NCBI GenBank assembly: GCA_023229765.1
Contig: JALNYO010000001.1
Location: 228,415-292,414 of the forward strand
Source: Syntrophales bacterium
GTDB lineage: Bacteria > Desulfobacterota > Syntrophia > Syntrophales > UBA5619
Reading direction: 5' to 3'
DNA: 64,000 nucleotides
Shown: piece by piece, positions 1 to 9,930 of the stretch
Layout: every line of letters starts with the position of its first letter
How positions within the stretch are numbered: position 1 is the stretch's first letter
Program-made: the position numbers and the translations under genes
Notes under the pieces: model-generated
Told to the model about the DNA's origin: nothing
Databases searched by the model: none
Seen by the model: the letters and a program-made list of their open reading frames with translations, nothing else

Positions 1-2
1 CT

Positions 3-506
3 GATTTCTCCACTTACAGTACAGCCAACGACAACGCAGTTTATGGCGCTGGTTTTACCGGAACGACAATTAATGCCAGTGGTACGGTGACACTGACGGG
101 TAAGGCCGGTGGTTCGAATTTTTATTTTACCAGCATAATTCTGAAAAACGGCGCTACTCTAAACATTAACGCTACTGCCGGACCTGTTAATATCTATCTC
201 GCAGGAAATCTCGAAGCAAAAAATGGATCAAATATCAATGTGACGGGGCTGCCGACGTCGTTCAGCATCTTCGGCAGCAGCGTGAGCAGCAGCATCATTT
301 TTAAACATGGCAGCGAGTTCAGAGGGACAGTCTATGCCCCAAATGCTGCTATTGAGATGAAAAACAGCGCCGATACCTATGGGATGATCTGGGGAAAAAC
401 GATTGATATGAAGAACTCGGGGCAATTCTTCTTTGATGAGGCGATCAAGGACAAATTTCTCGGGAATGGTGTGAAGCCCGTTGCCTGGAGAGATGTCATG
501 CAATGA
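3..506 (+). CDS. 3' part of a larger secreted/surface protein (5' end outside window); possibly pilus-associated
   Basis: Frame is open from nt 3 (DFSTYSTANDNAVYGAGFTGTTINASGT...), so the GTG at 87 in the ORF track is internal; stop at 504-506. G/N/S/T-rich short repeats and a C-terminal block GTVYAPNAAIEMKNSADTYGMIWGKTIDMKNSGQFFFDEA that I recall from proteins encoded beside type IV pilus minor-pilin genes (memory only). Confidence 0.55.
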   Translation, partial: DFSTYSTANDNAVYGAGFTGTTINASGTVTLTGKAGGSNFYFTSIILKNGATLNINATAGPVNIYLAGNLEAKNGSNINVTGLPTSFSIFGSSVSSSIIFKHGSEFRGTVYAPNAAIEMKNSADTYGMIWGKTIDMKNSGQFFFDEAIKDKFLGNGVKPVAWRDVMQ

Positions 507-700
507 TTTATGCATTCATAATCCATGTCTTTCTGCCAATTCCATTAGACCATGATTTGCCTTCGGCTGTTAAAGGGGAATATGCCTATCAGGGATTGCT
601 GTTTCCCTTTTTTCACGTCAATTATTCTTGACTTCGCAAGCTTGTCAATATAAACAAACACGAATTATTGCTACCGGGAAGACATTGGAAGGGAGGCTCT

Positions 701-874
701 ATGTCATCGGAAAAGAAGTGCTGCTCAATATGTGCTTGGCGGAAGGACTGCCAGAAGAGATTCAGCATTGTCACTGACGCCTCCGGAAACGTCCGCTGTC
801 CTGATTTCACCAGGGATGTTTCCATCAAGGACCAGGATGTGGACGCCCAGGAAAAGGCCTGGCAAGAAGGGTAA
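701..874 (+). CDS. small cysteine-containing hypothetical protein (57 aa)
   Basis: ATG 701 follows GGGAGG (691-696); the track's earlier start at 668 has no RBS. MSSEKKCCSICAWRKDCQ...RCPDF contains 5 Cys. Followed by a hairpin plus T-run. No family recognised. Confidence 0.45.
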   Translation: MSSEKKCCSICAWRKDCQKRFSIVTDASGNVRCPDFTRDVSIKDQDVDAQEKAWQEG

Positions 875-907
875 TTTGTGCAAGTTTACGGATTGCCAAG
901 TTTATTC

Positions 908-937
908 AACCGGTTGGCGTTGCGGCCGGTTTTTTTA
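908..937 (+). terminator. putative Rho-independent terminator
   Basis: AACCGG (908-913) pairs with CCGGTT (926-931), followed by a T-run to 937; short stem and 12-nt loop, so only moderate. Confidence 0.5.
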
Positions 938-1106
938 TCTGAAAATGCGTACTTGACCTGAGAGGGAGTAGGGGGGCGCTTTGCGGCAACCGCTTCGGAA
1001 GCGGCGGAGTGTGTTTCCCCAATTTCCATCGTACTTTGTGGTGGTTTTCCGTCAAGAGAGTTTTAGATTGTAACCATTTTACTATCGTTTTGGGGAGCTG
1101 TTTTTG

Positions 1107-2771
1107 ATGAAGGATAAAATTATTGGCCTGCTGGCGGAGGCGGTTCATAAGGCCGCGGCGGCGGGGCTTATGCCTGATGTGGAAGCAAGCAGCGTTGAGC
1201 TGGAATATGCCAAAGATACTAAGCACGGGGATTATGCGTCCAACATAGCGATGATAATGGCATCGCAGGCGAGAAAAAATCCCCGAGAGATCGCCCGGAT
1301 AATCGCGGATGGAATTGTCGATGACGAGGGCATTCTGAAGAAGGTGGAAATTGCCGGCCCGGGATTTCTCAATTTCACCATCCGGGAGGGTGTCTGGGCA
1401 TCCCTGCTTGCCGATGTGGAGCGCTTGGGCGATGCCTACGGGAAATCAACAGTCGGGGCTGGAAAAAAGATAATGGTGGAATTTGTCAGCGCCAACCCGA
1501 CCGGCCCCCTGCATATCGGCCATGCCCGGGGCGCCGTCGTCGGCGACGTCATGGCCAATATTCTGGCCGCCGCCGGATATGCTGTCTTTCGGGAGTATTA
1601 TGTCAATGATGCGGGAAACCAGATGAACAACCTCGGCAAATCGGTTTCTCGGCGTTATCAGGAACTCCGGGGGAGACAGGTGGAATTTGTAGAAGGTCTC
1701 TACCAGGGTGATTACATCAAGGATATTGCCGCGGAAATAATGAAGAAAGACAAAGACGTCCACCTTGACAGAGATGAGGCGGATGTTATTCCCGAGTTCA
1801 CCGCTTATGCGGCCGGGGCGATCCTGGAGGGGATTAAGGAGGACCTGAGATTATTCGGCGTCTCCTTCGACAGCTACTTCAGTGAAAGGGAGCTCTACAA
1901 AAACGAGGGCGTAGAAAAACTTCTCCAATCTCTTGAAGATAAAGGGATTATCTACAGGGAAGAGGGGACTGTCTGGTTCAAAACAACACTCTTCGGGGAT
2001 GAAAAGGATCGGGTGGTGATCCGTCAAAACGGCCTTCCGACCTACTTCGCTGCCGACATTGCCTATCACCAGAATAAATTCCTCAGAGGTTTTGAAAGAA
2101 TAATCGATATCTGGGGCGCGGATCATCACGGCTACATCCCCCGCATGTCCGCCGCCGTCCAGGCACTGGGATATGACAAGGAGTCGCTGCAAGTAATCCT
2201 CGTGCAACTTGTCAATCTGCTCCGGGACGGAAAGCCGGTGGCGATGTCAACGCGTTCCGGGGAGTTTGTCACCCTCCGCGAGGTTGTTGACGAAGTCGGC
2301 AGGGATGCGGCTCGTTACAACTTTCTGATGCGACGTTCCGACAGCCACCTCGATTTCGATCTGGAAGTGGCAAAAAAGCAGTCCATTGAAAACCCTGTCT
2401 ATTATGTCCAGTACGCCCATGCGCGGATATGCAGCATCCTGAAAATGGCGGAGGAAAAGGGATTCAAGGTGCCGCGCCTGGCTGAGGTCGATGCGGCGCT
2501 TCTCCAGCTTCCTGCGGAGATAGAACTGATCAAGGCGATCATCCGTTTCCCGGGGTTGATCGAAGGGGCGGCCCAGGCACTGGAGCCGCACCGGCTGACG
2601 TTCTATTTGAACGATCTGGCAGCGTCCTTTCACAGTTACTATAATAAAAACAAGGTATTGTCGGATGACCTTGCCCTTTCGGGCGCAAGGTTGTTTCTAG
2701 TGCATTCGCTTCTTGCTGTTTTAAAGAATGCCTTTAAAATACTGGGGGTTTCCGCCCCGGAAAAGATGTGA
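1107..2771 (+). CDS. argS: arginine--tRNA ligase
   Basis: Class I HIGH motif in [20 protein letters not shown], ArgRS-type N-terminal domain and DALR-like C-terminus; ATG 1107 is 9 nt after GGGGAG (track start TTG 1104 is one codon earlier). Confidence 0.95.
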   Translation: MKDKIIGLLAEAVHKAAAAGLMPDVEASSVELEYAKDTKHGDYASNIAMIMASQARKNPREIARIIADGIVDDEGILKKVEIAGPGFLNFTIREGVWASLLADVERLGDAYGKSTVGAGKKIMVEFVSANPTGPLHIGHARGAVVGDVMANILAAAGYAVFREYYVNDAGNQMNNLGKSVSRRYQELRGRQVEFVEGLYQGDYIKDIAAEIMKKDKDVHLDRDEADVIPEFTAYAAGAILEGIKEDLRLFGVSFDSYFSERELYKNEGVEKLLQSLEDKGIIYREEGTVWFKTTLFGDEKDRVVIRQNGLPTYFAADIAYHQNKFLRGFERIIDIWGADHHGYIPRMSAAVQALGYDKESLQVILVQLVNLLRDGKPVAMSTRSGEFVTLREVVDEVGRDAARYNFLMRRSDSHLDFDLEVAKKQSIENPVYYVQYAHARICSILKMAEEKGFKVPRLAEVDAALLQLPAEIELIKAIIRFPGLIEGAAQALEPHRLTFYLNDLAASFHSYYNKNKVLSDDLALSGARLFLVHSLLAVLKNAFKILGVSAPEKM

Positions 2772-2784
2772 CGGGGCTTCGCCA

Positions 2785-3612
2785 ATGGTTGCGAAAAACA
2801 GGCGCACATTAGAATTGAAGCTGGGCAAACTGGGACTGATTCTGTTTGTCAGTGGCATGTCAGTGCTGTTGTTCTCCACATTTCTTTTGGGGATGCTTGT
2901 CGGGAAGCATCTGGACGCATATCCGGAGCGGTATTCCGGCGGCCTCGTGGATTTAGTGAGGGGTCGCTTTTCCGGTCTGGCCATGGCCCCGCAAAAGCAA
3001 GAGACGCCGTTACCCGATGGACAGAGGGTAGAGGGCGGGCCTGCAACAGGGGAAGAGGATTTTGATCTGACCTTTTATAGGACATTGGGCGACAAAAAGG
3101 GCAGCAAGGGGATTGTTGAAAACGATAGCCTCAGCGATGAAAAGACCACCGCTTCAGCCGCCAAAAACCATTCATTATCCGGAGAAGCGGCTGCCGGAGA
3201 TGTTGCGAGGAAAGTCGCTCCGGTAAATCCCGGCCCAGTGAGTCCTCTTGCTGGCAGGGAAGCTGATAAGACCGTTTTGCCTGGGCAAAAAAAGTTTTCA
3301 GAGGCGCCTGCTGCACCACCTTTGCCCGGTGCCGCCGACGCCGAAAAAACGCAGAAGAAGGATAGCTTTCATGTTCAGGTGGCGGCTTACAGGGATGTAA
3401 CCCAGGCGAAAAAAATGGAGAAAAGATTGAAATTGCTTGGTTTTGCCACAATGATTGTGCCAAAGGATATCCCGGATAAAGGGAAATGGTTTCGGGTTAT
3501 TGCCGTTGGCTTTGAAGACAGGCAAAAAGCGGAGAGCGCCGTGGCGCGAATTACCCAGAAAATAATGGGCGTGCAATGCATTATCCGTCGCAACAAGGGC
3601 GGCGAGGCATAG
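2785..3612 (+). CDS. SPOR domain-containing membrane protein
   Basis: MVAKNRR... then a TM helix (LGLILFVSGMSVLLFSTFLLGML), a low-complexity linker and a C-terminal SPOR-like fold (FHVQVAAYRDVTQAKKMEKRLKLLGF...WFRVIAVGFEDRQKAESAV). The track start at 2728 overlaps the argS end; ATG 2785 preferred. Confidence 0.8.
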   Translation: MVAKNRRTLELKLGKLGLILFVSGMSVLLFSTFLLGMLVGKHLDAYPERYSGGLVDLVRGRFSGLAMAPQKQETPLPDGQRVEGGPATGEEDFDLTFYRTLGDKKGSKGIVENDSLSDEKTTASAAKNHSLSGEAAAGDVARKVAPVNPGPVSPLAGREADKTVLPGQKKFSEAPAAPPLPGAADAEKTQKKDSFHVQVAAYRDVTQAKKMEKRLKLLGFATMIVPKDIPDKGKWFRVIAVGFEDRQKAESAVARITQKIMGVQCIIRRNKGGEA

Positions 3613-3623
3613 AGGAATGAAAA

Positions 3624-4955
3624 ATGTTTGAGAATCTGTCCGATAAACTTGACGTCATTTTTCGTAAACTGAAGGGCAAGGGACGTCTGGATGAAGAAAA
3701 TATCCAGGCGGCACTGAAGGAAATAAGGATCGCGCTTTTAGAGGCCGACGTAAATTTCCGGGTTGTCCGTGATTTTATTGAGGAAGTAAAAAAGCGGGCA
3801 GTAGGGCAGGAGGTGCTCGAGAGCATTACCCCTGGTCAGCAGGTGGTAAAGATCGTCCATGAGCGGCTCATCGAGCTGATGGGCACAACCAGCAGCCAGC
3901 TTCGGTTCGGAGGCCGCATTCCCGCGCCGATAATGCTGGTTGGTCTCCAGGGATGCGGGAAAACAACAACGGCGGTCAAGCTGGCCAGGCTTGTTGCCGC
4001 CGGTGGCAAGCGGGTCTATCTGGTTTCCGCCGATGTTTACAGGCCTGCCGCCATGGAGCAGTTGAAGGTGCTCGGCGAGCAAATCGGCGCGGGCATTTTC
4101 GATGCGGCCGGGCTCGCCGATCCGGTAGAGATTTGCAGGCTGGCCGTCGAGGAGGCAAGGAGCAGCGGCTATGAGGTAATCATCGTTGATACAGCCGGGC
4201 GGCTGGCGATAGATGTCCCGATGATGGAGGAGTTAAAGAAGATCAAATCTTTAATCAATCCCACCGAGATCCTTTTTGTAGCGGATGCGATGACCGGTCA
4301 GGATGCCGTCAATGTTGCGGGACGTTTTGATGAACTGCTCGGGATTGACGGCGTTATAATGACAAAGATGGATGGAGATGCCCGCGGCGGCGCCGCCCTG
4401 TCTCTCAAGGCTGTAATCGGCAAGCCGATCAAGTTTGTCGGCGCGGGGGAGAAGATAGACGCCCTGGAGGTGTTTCATCCCGAAAGAATGGCTTCCCGGA
4501 TTCTGGGAATGGGCGATGTTTTGACCCTGGTGGAGAAGGCCCAGGAGGCGGTTGACGTAAAACAGCAGCGGGAGCTGGAAAAAAAGCTCCGGAAAAACGA
4601 GTTTACCCTCGATGATCTGCGGACGCAGATGAAGCAGATAAGCAAGATGGGGCCTCTGCAGGATGTTATCGGGATGCTGCCGGGAATGAATAAGGTAAAG
4701 GCGCTGAAGGATCTCAAGCCGGACGAACGCGAGCTCGTCCGGACAGGGGCGATCATCGATTCAATGACGCCGCGGGAGCGGAGAAATTACCTGATTATCG
4801 ACGGCAGCCGGCGTAAACGGATTGCCCGCGGAAGCGGTACAACGGTTCAGGATGTCAACACGCTGCTGAAAAATTATGTGGAAATGAGAAAATTAATGAA
4901 GCGGTTTACCAAGGGAGGAATAAAATCACTACGTAGGGGAAATTTCCCCTTTTAA
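3624..4955 (+). CDS. ffh: signal recognition particle protein Ffh
   Basis: SRP54 GTPase motifs GLQGCGKTTT, DTAGR, TKMDGD; Met-rich M domain (MGPLQDVIGMLPGM). Confidence 0.97.
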   Translation: MFENLSDKLDVIFRKLKGKGRLDEENIQAALKEIRIALLEADVNFRVVRDFIEEVKKRAVGQEVLESITPGQQVVKIVHERLIELMGTTSSQLRFGGRIPAPIMLVGLQGCGKTTTAVKLARLVAAGGKRVYLVSADVYRPAAMEQLKVLGEQIGAGIFDAAGLADPVEICRLAVEEARSSGYEVIIVDTAGRLAIDVPMMEELKKIKSLINPTEILFVADAMTGQDAVNVAGRFDELLGIDGVIMTKMDGDARGGAALSLKAVIGKPIKFVGAGEKIDALEVFHPERMASRILGMGDVLTLVEKAQEAVDVKQQRELEKKLRKNEFTLDDLRTQMKQISKMGPLQDVIGMLPGMNKVKALKDLKPDERELVRTGAIIDSMTPRERRNYLIIDGSRRKRIARGSGTTVQDVNTLLKNYVEMRKLMKRFTKGGIKSLRRGNFPF

Positions 4956-5024
4956 TATAAAAAAAAATATGATATTTGTCCCCGCTCGTTTAAGAATAAT
5001 TTTAGGAGGTGGCAGTTAAGGTAT

Positions 5025-5270
5025 ATGGCGGTAAAAATCAGATTGACAAGAAAAGGCAGCAAGGGGAAGCCGATCTACAGGGTGGTGGCTGCGGACTCGC
5101 AATGCCCGAGGGACGGAGCATTTCTTGAAATATTGGGCAATTATGACCCGAACAAAAATCCTGCCGAGGTGGTTTTAAAAGAGGAGCGCATCAAACAGTG
5201 GATTGCGGTTGGCGCCAGACCAACGCTTACGGTGTCTCAGCTGCTCCGCAAAAAGGGGATCGGTGTTTAG
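5025..5270 (+). CDS. rpsP: 30S ribosomal protein S16
   Basis: MAVKIRLTRKGSKGKPIYRVVAADS... typical S16 N-terminus; conserved ffh-rpsP-rimM-trmD-rplS context. Confidence 0.96.
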   Translation: MAVKIRLTRKGSKGKPIYRVVAADSQCPRDGAFLEILGNYDPNKNPAEVVLKEERIKQWIAVGARPTLTVSQLLRKKGIGV

Positions 5271-5298
5271 TTTTTTGTGACGAGGGAGGCTAAAGGCG

Positions 5299-5529
5299 AT
5301 GAAAGAGTTGATTGCTTATATTGCTCGCGCTCTTGTGGATAACCCTGAGATGGTTAATGTTACAGAGGTGGTCGGGGAGCAGACTTCCGTTCTGGAATTG
5401 AGAGTCGCCAAAGAAGATCTTGGTAAAGTCATCGGCAAGCAGGGGAAGACTGCCAAGGCGATGAGGACCATCTTAAGCGCCGCCTCAACGAAGATACACA
5501 AACGTTCGGTTCTTGAAATTGTTGAATAG
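5299..5529 (+). CDS. KH domain RNA-binding protein (YlqC/UPF0109 type)
   Basis: 76 aa, GXXG loop in [16 protein letters not shown]; canonical position between rpsP and rimM. Confidence 0.88.
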   Translation: MKELIAYIARALVDNPEMVNVTEVVGEQTSVLELRVAKEDLGKVIGKQGKTAKAMRTILSAASTKIHKRSVLEIVE

Positions 5530-5552
5530 TGACAATTAATTGAATAGTAGCC

Positions 5553-6062
5553 ATGAAGCTCATTGAAATAGGCAAGGTTGTCCGTTCCCATGGTTTGGGG
5601 GGACGGATAAAGGTCTTGTCATATCTGCAATCGCCGGATGTGCTGGAATCTGTTTCCGATTTGTTTTTGGGAGAGAGCCCGGCCGCTGTCGTCGCTTATC
5701 CCTTGGGCGGTATTCAGAACGGGGAGGGTTTCTTCATCATGAAACTCGCCGGGATAGATAACCGTAATGAGGCCGAAAAGCTCCGGGGGCTCCTTGTCTG
5801 GATGTCTGCCGAAAAGATGAAGCCGCTGCAAGAGGATGAGTATTACTGGCAGGATATTATAGGCATGCAGGCATTTACAGAGGAAAACGAGCCGTTGGGA
5901 CGTATTGAAACGGTGTTTCCGACGGGTAGCAATGATGTTTATGTGTGCAGGGATGATCAGCGGGAGATACTGATTCCCGCCCTGGTCGAGGTTATAATAA
6001 AGATCGATGTCGAGCGCAGGGTCATGGTTGTCAGATTGCCGGAAGGGTTCTTTGAGCAATGA
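5553..6062 (+). CDS. rimM: 16S rRNA processing protein RimM
   Basis: [19 protein letters not shown]-terminus, PRC-barrel-like C-terminus, 4-nt overlap with trmD. Confidence 0.93.
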   Translation: MKLIEIGKVVRSHGLGGRIKVLSYLQSPDVLESVSDLFLGESPAAVVAYPLGGIQNGEGFFIMKLAGIDNRNEAEKLRGLLVWMSAEKMKPLQEDEYYWQDIIGMQAFTEENEPLGRIETVFPTGSNDVYVCRDDQREILIPALVEVIIKIDVERRVMVVRLPEGFFEQ

Positions 6063-6778
6063 TCCGTTTTGATATTCTGACAATCTTTCCGGAGATGTTT
6101 GAATCCCCCCTCCAGAGCAGCATCCTGAAGAAGGCAATTGACCGGGGCATTATTGAGGTTAATCTATACGACATCCGGGCTTATGCCGAAGACAGACATC
6201 GCATGACGGATGACTCCCCTTACGGCGGCGGGGGGGGAATGGTGATGAAGGTTGAGCCTATAGACCGCGCCCTCAGCGCTGTTCCGTTATTGAATGGGGA
6301 TGCGCCGGTTATTCTGCTGACGCCTCAGGGAGAGCCGCTCTGTCAAAAGATGGCAAAAGAGCTCGCCCTCCAGCCGCAGCTTGTCATGGTCTGCGGTCAT
6401 TATGAGGGGGTTGACGAGAGGGTAAGAAGGCACCTCGTTAATCGGGAAATTTCCATTGGGGATTACGTGCTTACTGGCGGTGAGCTTTCGGCGCTGGTTC
6501 TGCTGGACGCCGTTTCGCGATTTGTGCCGGGCGTTCTGGGAAACAGTGAATCCGCCGTGACTGATTCGTTTGCGGAGGGTTTGCTTGAATACCCTCATTA
6601 CACGAGGCCGCCGGAGTATCGCGGCTGGGGAGTCCCCAATGTTCTTCTCTCTGGAAACCACCGTGAGATTGAGGAGTGGCGGCGCCGGCAGTCATTAATC
6701 AGAACAAGAAACAAAAGGCCGGATCTGATGGGAAAGGCCGAGTTGACGGACAAAGAGAGGCTGCACTTAGCGGAATAG
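6059..6778 (+). CDS. trmD: tRNA (guanine37-N1)-methyltransferase
   Basis: [11 protein letters not shown] start, [16 protein letters not shown]-binding knot motif. Confidence 0.96.
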   Translation: MIRFDILTIFPEMFESPLQSSILKKAIDRGIIEVNLYDIRAYAEDRHRMTDDSPYGGGGGMVMKVEPIDRALSAVPLLNGDAPVILLTPQGEPLCQKMAKELALQPQLVMVCGHYEGVDERVRRHLVNREISIGDYVLTGGELSALVLLDAVSRFVPGVLGNSESAVTDSFAEGLLEYPHYTRPPEYRGWGVPNVLLSGNHREIEEWRRRQSLIRTRNKRPDLMGKAELTDKERLHLAE

Positions 6779-6871
6779 AGATTATTTAAATAATGATGTC
6801 AAGCCATGATATACGAGGCAAACGCTGTAACCAAAAATACCACAGAGGAAGATTGAAGGAGCGAAAAGAAG

Positions 6872-7216
6872 ATGAATCCTATTGAATTTATAGAAAAAGA
6901 GCAGATGAGGGGAGATATCCCTGATTTCAGTACCGGTGATACGGTAAAGGTTTTTATCCGCATCGTCGAGGGGCAGAAGCAGCGTATTCAGGCTTTTGAA
7001 GGTGCGGTTATCCGCCGCCGCCGAGGGGACATTCGCGCGAGTTTCACTGTCAGGAAGGTTTCTTATGGCATCGGCGTGGAAAAGACCTTCCCGATGCACT
7101 CTCCCTCCATAGATCATGTTGAGGTGATCTCCCGGGGCAAGGTTCGACGTTCCCGACTTTATTATCTGAGAAGCCTGAGGGGCAAGCGCGCCAAGATCAA
7201 GGAAGCCGAAAAATAG
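6872..7216 (+). CDS. rplS: 50S ribosomal protein L19
   Basis: [35 protein letters not shown] is a typical L19 core; AAGGAG RBS upstream. Confidence 0.96.
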   Translation: MNPIEFIEKEQMRGDIPDFSTGDTVKVFIRIVEGQKQRIQAFEGAVIRRRRGDIRASFTVRKVSYGIGVEKTFPMHSPSIDHVEVISRGKVRRSRLYYLRSLRGKRAKIKEAEK

Positions 7217-7256
7217 GGAGTTTTTTGCAAGAGGCTTCTGTTGGGGGGCTTGTTAA

Positions 7257-7895
7257 ATGGCCAGGAACCCGGAGATGGGCAGCTTTGAGCGCCGCGCCGG
7301 CGGGCGAGGGTATTGCGCTATTGCCGGCATCGACGAAGCGGGCCGCGGGCCTCTGGCGGGTCCGGTTGTCGCCGCCGCGGTAGTGCTGCCGCAGGGGTAT
7401 GAACATCCAGAGATAAACGACTCCAAGAAGCTTTCCGCCAAAAGGCGCGAAAGACTTTATGATGTAATACAAAGAGACGCGGTTGCCATTGGCGTCGGCG
7501 TTTCGGACGTGCAGGTCATAGATTCCATCAACATACTGCGGGCGACGCTGCTGGCGATGAAAGAGGCCGTTTGCGGCCTTTGCCCCCGCCCTGATTATCT
7601 GCTGATAGACGGTTTGAACGGCATTGTTCTGGATATCCCGCAGGAAGCCATCGTGCGCGGTGATTCTCTCAGTATTTCAATAGCAGCGGCCTCGATTATT
7701 GCCAAGGTCTCTCGGGACCGGCTGATGGAGATGTACCACCGTCAGTTCCCCGCCTATAATTTTCTTAAAAACAAGGGATACGGAACAAAAGAGCACCGGG
7801 AGGCAATCGTTAAATACGGGCGATGCAAGATTCATCGGCGCTCTTTTCATGTCGCAGGGGTTGACGATCTTGTTGCAAGCGGCAGCCTGCTGTGA
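7257..7895 (+). CDS. rnhB: ribonuclease HII
   Basis: GIDEAGRGPLAGPVV catalytic motif, DSKKLS, GYGTKEH near the C-terminus. Confidence 0.94.
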   Translation: MARNPEMGSFERRAGGRGYCAIAGIDEAGRGPLAGPVVAAAVVLPQGYEHPEINDSKKLSAKRRERLYDVIQRDAVAIGVGVSDVQVIDSINILRATLLAMKEAVCGLCPRPDYLLIDGLNGIVLDIPQEAIVRGDSLSISIAAASIIAKVSRDRLMEMYHRQFPAYNFLKNKGYGTKEHREAIVKYGRCKIHRRSFHVAGVDDLVASGSLL

Positions 7896-7926
7896 TGGTT
7901 GCTCCTTTTTCAGACGGGGATTTGCC

Positions 7927-8295
7927 ATGACTTTTGCTCGGCTGGGTGTGGGGAAAAGGGGCGAAGAACTGGCGGCCGTTTACCTTGCGAAGGTCGGATA
8001 CCGGATCATTGAGAGAAATTACCGGTGTATTTTCGGCGAGATCGATATTGTCGCCGAAGAAGGCGGCAGCATCGTTTTTATTGAGGTAAAGAGCAGACGT
8101 TCCATTGCCTACGGCGATCCTCAACTGGCGGTTGGCGCCAGGAAGCAGAAAAAAATTTCGATGGTCGCGCTCAATTATATCGAAGAAAAACACCAGCACA
8201 GCCGCAACGCCAGGTTTGACGTCGTCGCGGTAAAAATCCTCCCCGCCGGGACGAACATAGAGCTTATCAAAAATGCCTTCGAACTGGCCTTCTAA
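7927..8295 (+). CDS. yraN: YraN family endonuclease-like protein (UPF0102)
   Basis: GEELAAVYL...GEIDIVA...FIEVKSR...RFDVVAV pattern; ATG 7927 chosen because the track start 7849 overlaps the rnhB end in another frame. Confidence 0.85.
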   Translation: MTFARLGVGKRGEELAAVYLAKVGYRIIERNYRCIFGEIDIVAEEGGSIVFIEVKSRRSIAYGDPQLAVGARKQKKISMVALNYIEEKHQHSRNARFDVVAVKILPAGTNIELIKNAFELAF

Positions 8296-9665
8296 AAATG
8301 GGTCAGGGGCGGCTTGCCGATCGGATAGACATTGAATCCGATTTCGAAACAGGAACGGTGCTCAAGGATGTTTCTGCCATCGAAGATAAAGGCCGGCTTT
8401 TCCATGCTGTCGTAAATTCTCTGAAAATCAAGGTCTTTGTATATCCCCCATTCCGTCATGACGGCAATTGCGTGGCATCCTGCCGCGGCGCTGTACGGGT
8501 CTTCTAAGTAGCTGACCTTGCCTTCATCGCCGGAAAGGTCCTTGCGGGCGTTTTTCAGCGCCTGGGGGTCGGTGACGATGACTATGGCCCGCTCCTCGAT
8601 AAGTCTGCGGGCGATGTAAATGGCCGGGCTTTCCCGGGTGTCGCCCGTATCGGCCTTGAAGGCGAAGCCGAAGAGGGCGATTTTCTTGCCGGCGAGGGTG
8701 TTGAACATCGCCCCGAGCATGCCCTGAATGAAGCGCTCCTGCTGATAATCGTTTATCCGGATGACCATTTCCCAGTAATCTGCTACCTCATTTAGCCCAT
8801 AATTTCTGCAGAGATAGACAAGATTCAGGATGTCTTTCCTGAAACAGGAACCGCCAAAGCCGATGCTCGCATTCAGGAATTTTGAGCCTATCCGGCTATC
8901 CATGCCGACGGCGCGGGAGACCTCGACGACATTTGCCTCCGCCTTTTCACAAAGGGCGGAAATGGTGTTGATCGAAGATATTCTCTGGGCGAGAAAGGCG
9001 TTGGCGACAAGCTTGGAGAGTTCACTGCTCCAGATATTGGAGGTTAATATCCGTTCACGGGGAACCCAGTGGGCGAAAATGTCGGCAAGAATTCCCCTTG
9101 CCTTGAGTCCCTCCTTGGTTTCCCGCGACCCGATCAGGACGCGGTCCGGGTTCTCCAGGTCATGCACGGCGCTCCCTTCGGCGAGAAACTCCGGATTGGA
9201 AAGGACATCAAAATGGATTTCCTGCTTCCCGCTGTTGAGGATTCTTTCCATCGCCAGGGCGGTTTTTACAGGCAGCGTGCTTTTTTCGATCACGATCTTC
9301 GCCGATTGCGAGAACTCCAGAATCTGCCGGGCGGTTTTTTCCCAGTACTGAAGATCGGCGGCAAGCCCCGCGCCGAGGCCAAAGGACTTGGTCGGGGTGT
9401 TGACGCTGACGAAGATGATCTCATTTTCCCGGATGCCTTGTTCGATGTCGGTGCTGAAAAAGAGGTTTCTCCCCCGGGAACTCCGGACAAGTTCATCCAG
9501 CCCCGGTTCGTAGATCGGCAGATTGTCCGAATTCCAGGCGGCAATCCGTTCAGAATCAATGTCCACAACCGTAACCCGGCAGTGGGGACACTTGCCGGCG
9601 ATCATCGCCATCGTGGGGCCGCCGACATAACCGGCGCCGATACAGAGAATATTTACTTGATTCAT
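8292..9665 (-). CDS. ugd: UDP-glucose 6-dehydrogenase
   Basis: Rossmann N-terminus ILCIGAGYVGGPT, catalytic Cys motif GFGGSCFRKD, long (457 aa) eukaryote-like UGDH architecture. Confidence 0.92.
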   Translation of the reverse strand: MNQVNILCIGAGYVGGPTMAMIAGKCPHCRVTVVDIDSERIAAWNSDNLPIYEPGLDELVRSSRGRNLFFSTDIEQGIRENEIIFVSVNTPTKSFGLGAGLAADLQYWEKTARQILEFSQSAKIVIEKSTLPVKTALAMERILNSGKQEIHFDVLSNPEFLAEGSAVHDLENPDRVLIGSRETKEGLKARGILADIFAHWVPRERILTSNIWSSELSKLVANAFLAQRISSINTISALCEKAEANVVEVSRAVGMDSRIGSKFLNASIGFGGSCFRKDILNLVYLCRNYGLNEVADYWEMVIRINDYQQERFIQGMLGAMFNTLAGKKIALFGFAFKADTGDTRESPAIYIARRLIEERAIVIVTDPQALKNARKDLSGDEGKVSYLEDPYSAAAGCHAIAVMTEWGIYKDLDFQRIYDSMEKPAFIFDGRNILEHRSCFEIGFNVYPIGKPPLTHF

Positions 9666-9708
9666 TGCATCCTCATTATTCTATAAGAAAACGGTTGTAT
9701 ATGTATCA

Positions 9709-9930
9709 GTTTGTATGAAAATCCCCCCTTGCCCCCCTTTGCCAAAGGGGGGCAAGGGGGGATTTTCATGCTTCGTTGTGCCCCACGGGCATGGGGGTTT
9801 GTATGAAAGTAGAATTTATACTAACAATATCTGTGTCTTACAGCGCAGAACTTTTGGAACCTGCGGACGCGACGGAGCGCGTCCCACCATTTTCATCATT
9901 CGTTGCGCCCGCTTCGGGCATGGGGGTTTT
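9709..9930. repeat. composite intergenic repeat: 55-nt perfect palindrome (9715-9769) bracketed by 12-nt direct repeats GTTTGTATGAAA (9709-9720, 9797-9808), plus a ~38-nt direct repeat (9763-9800 and 9890-9929)
   Basis: ATGAAAATCCCCCCTTGCCCCCCTTTG (9715-9741) is the exact reverse complement of 9743-9769. TTTTCAT..TTCGTTG.GCCC...CGGGCATGGGGGTTT occurs twice; the second copy covers the last codons and stop of minus-strand uxs. A further 7-bp hairpin GGACGCG/CGCGTCC lies at about 9864-9883. Confidence 0.85.
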
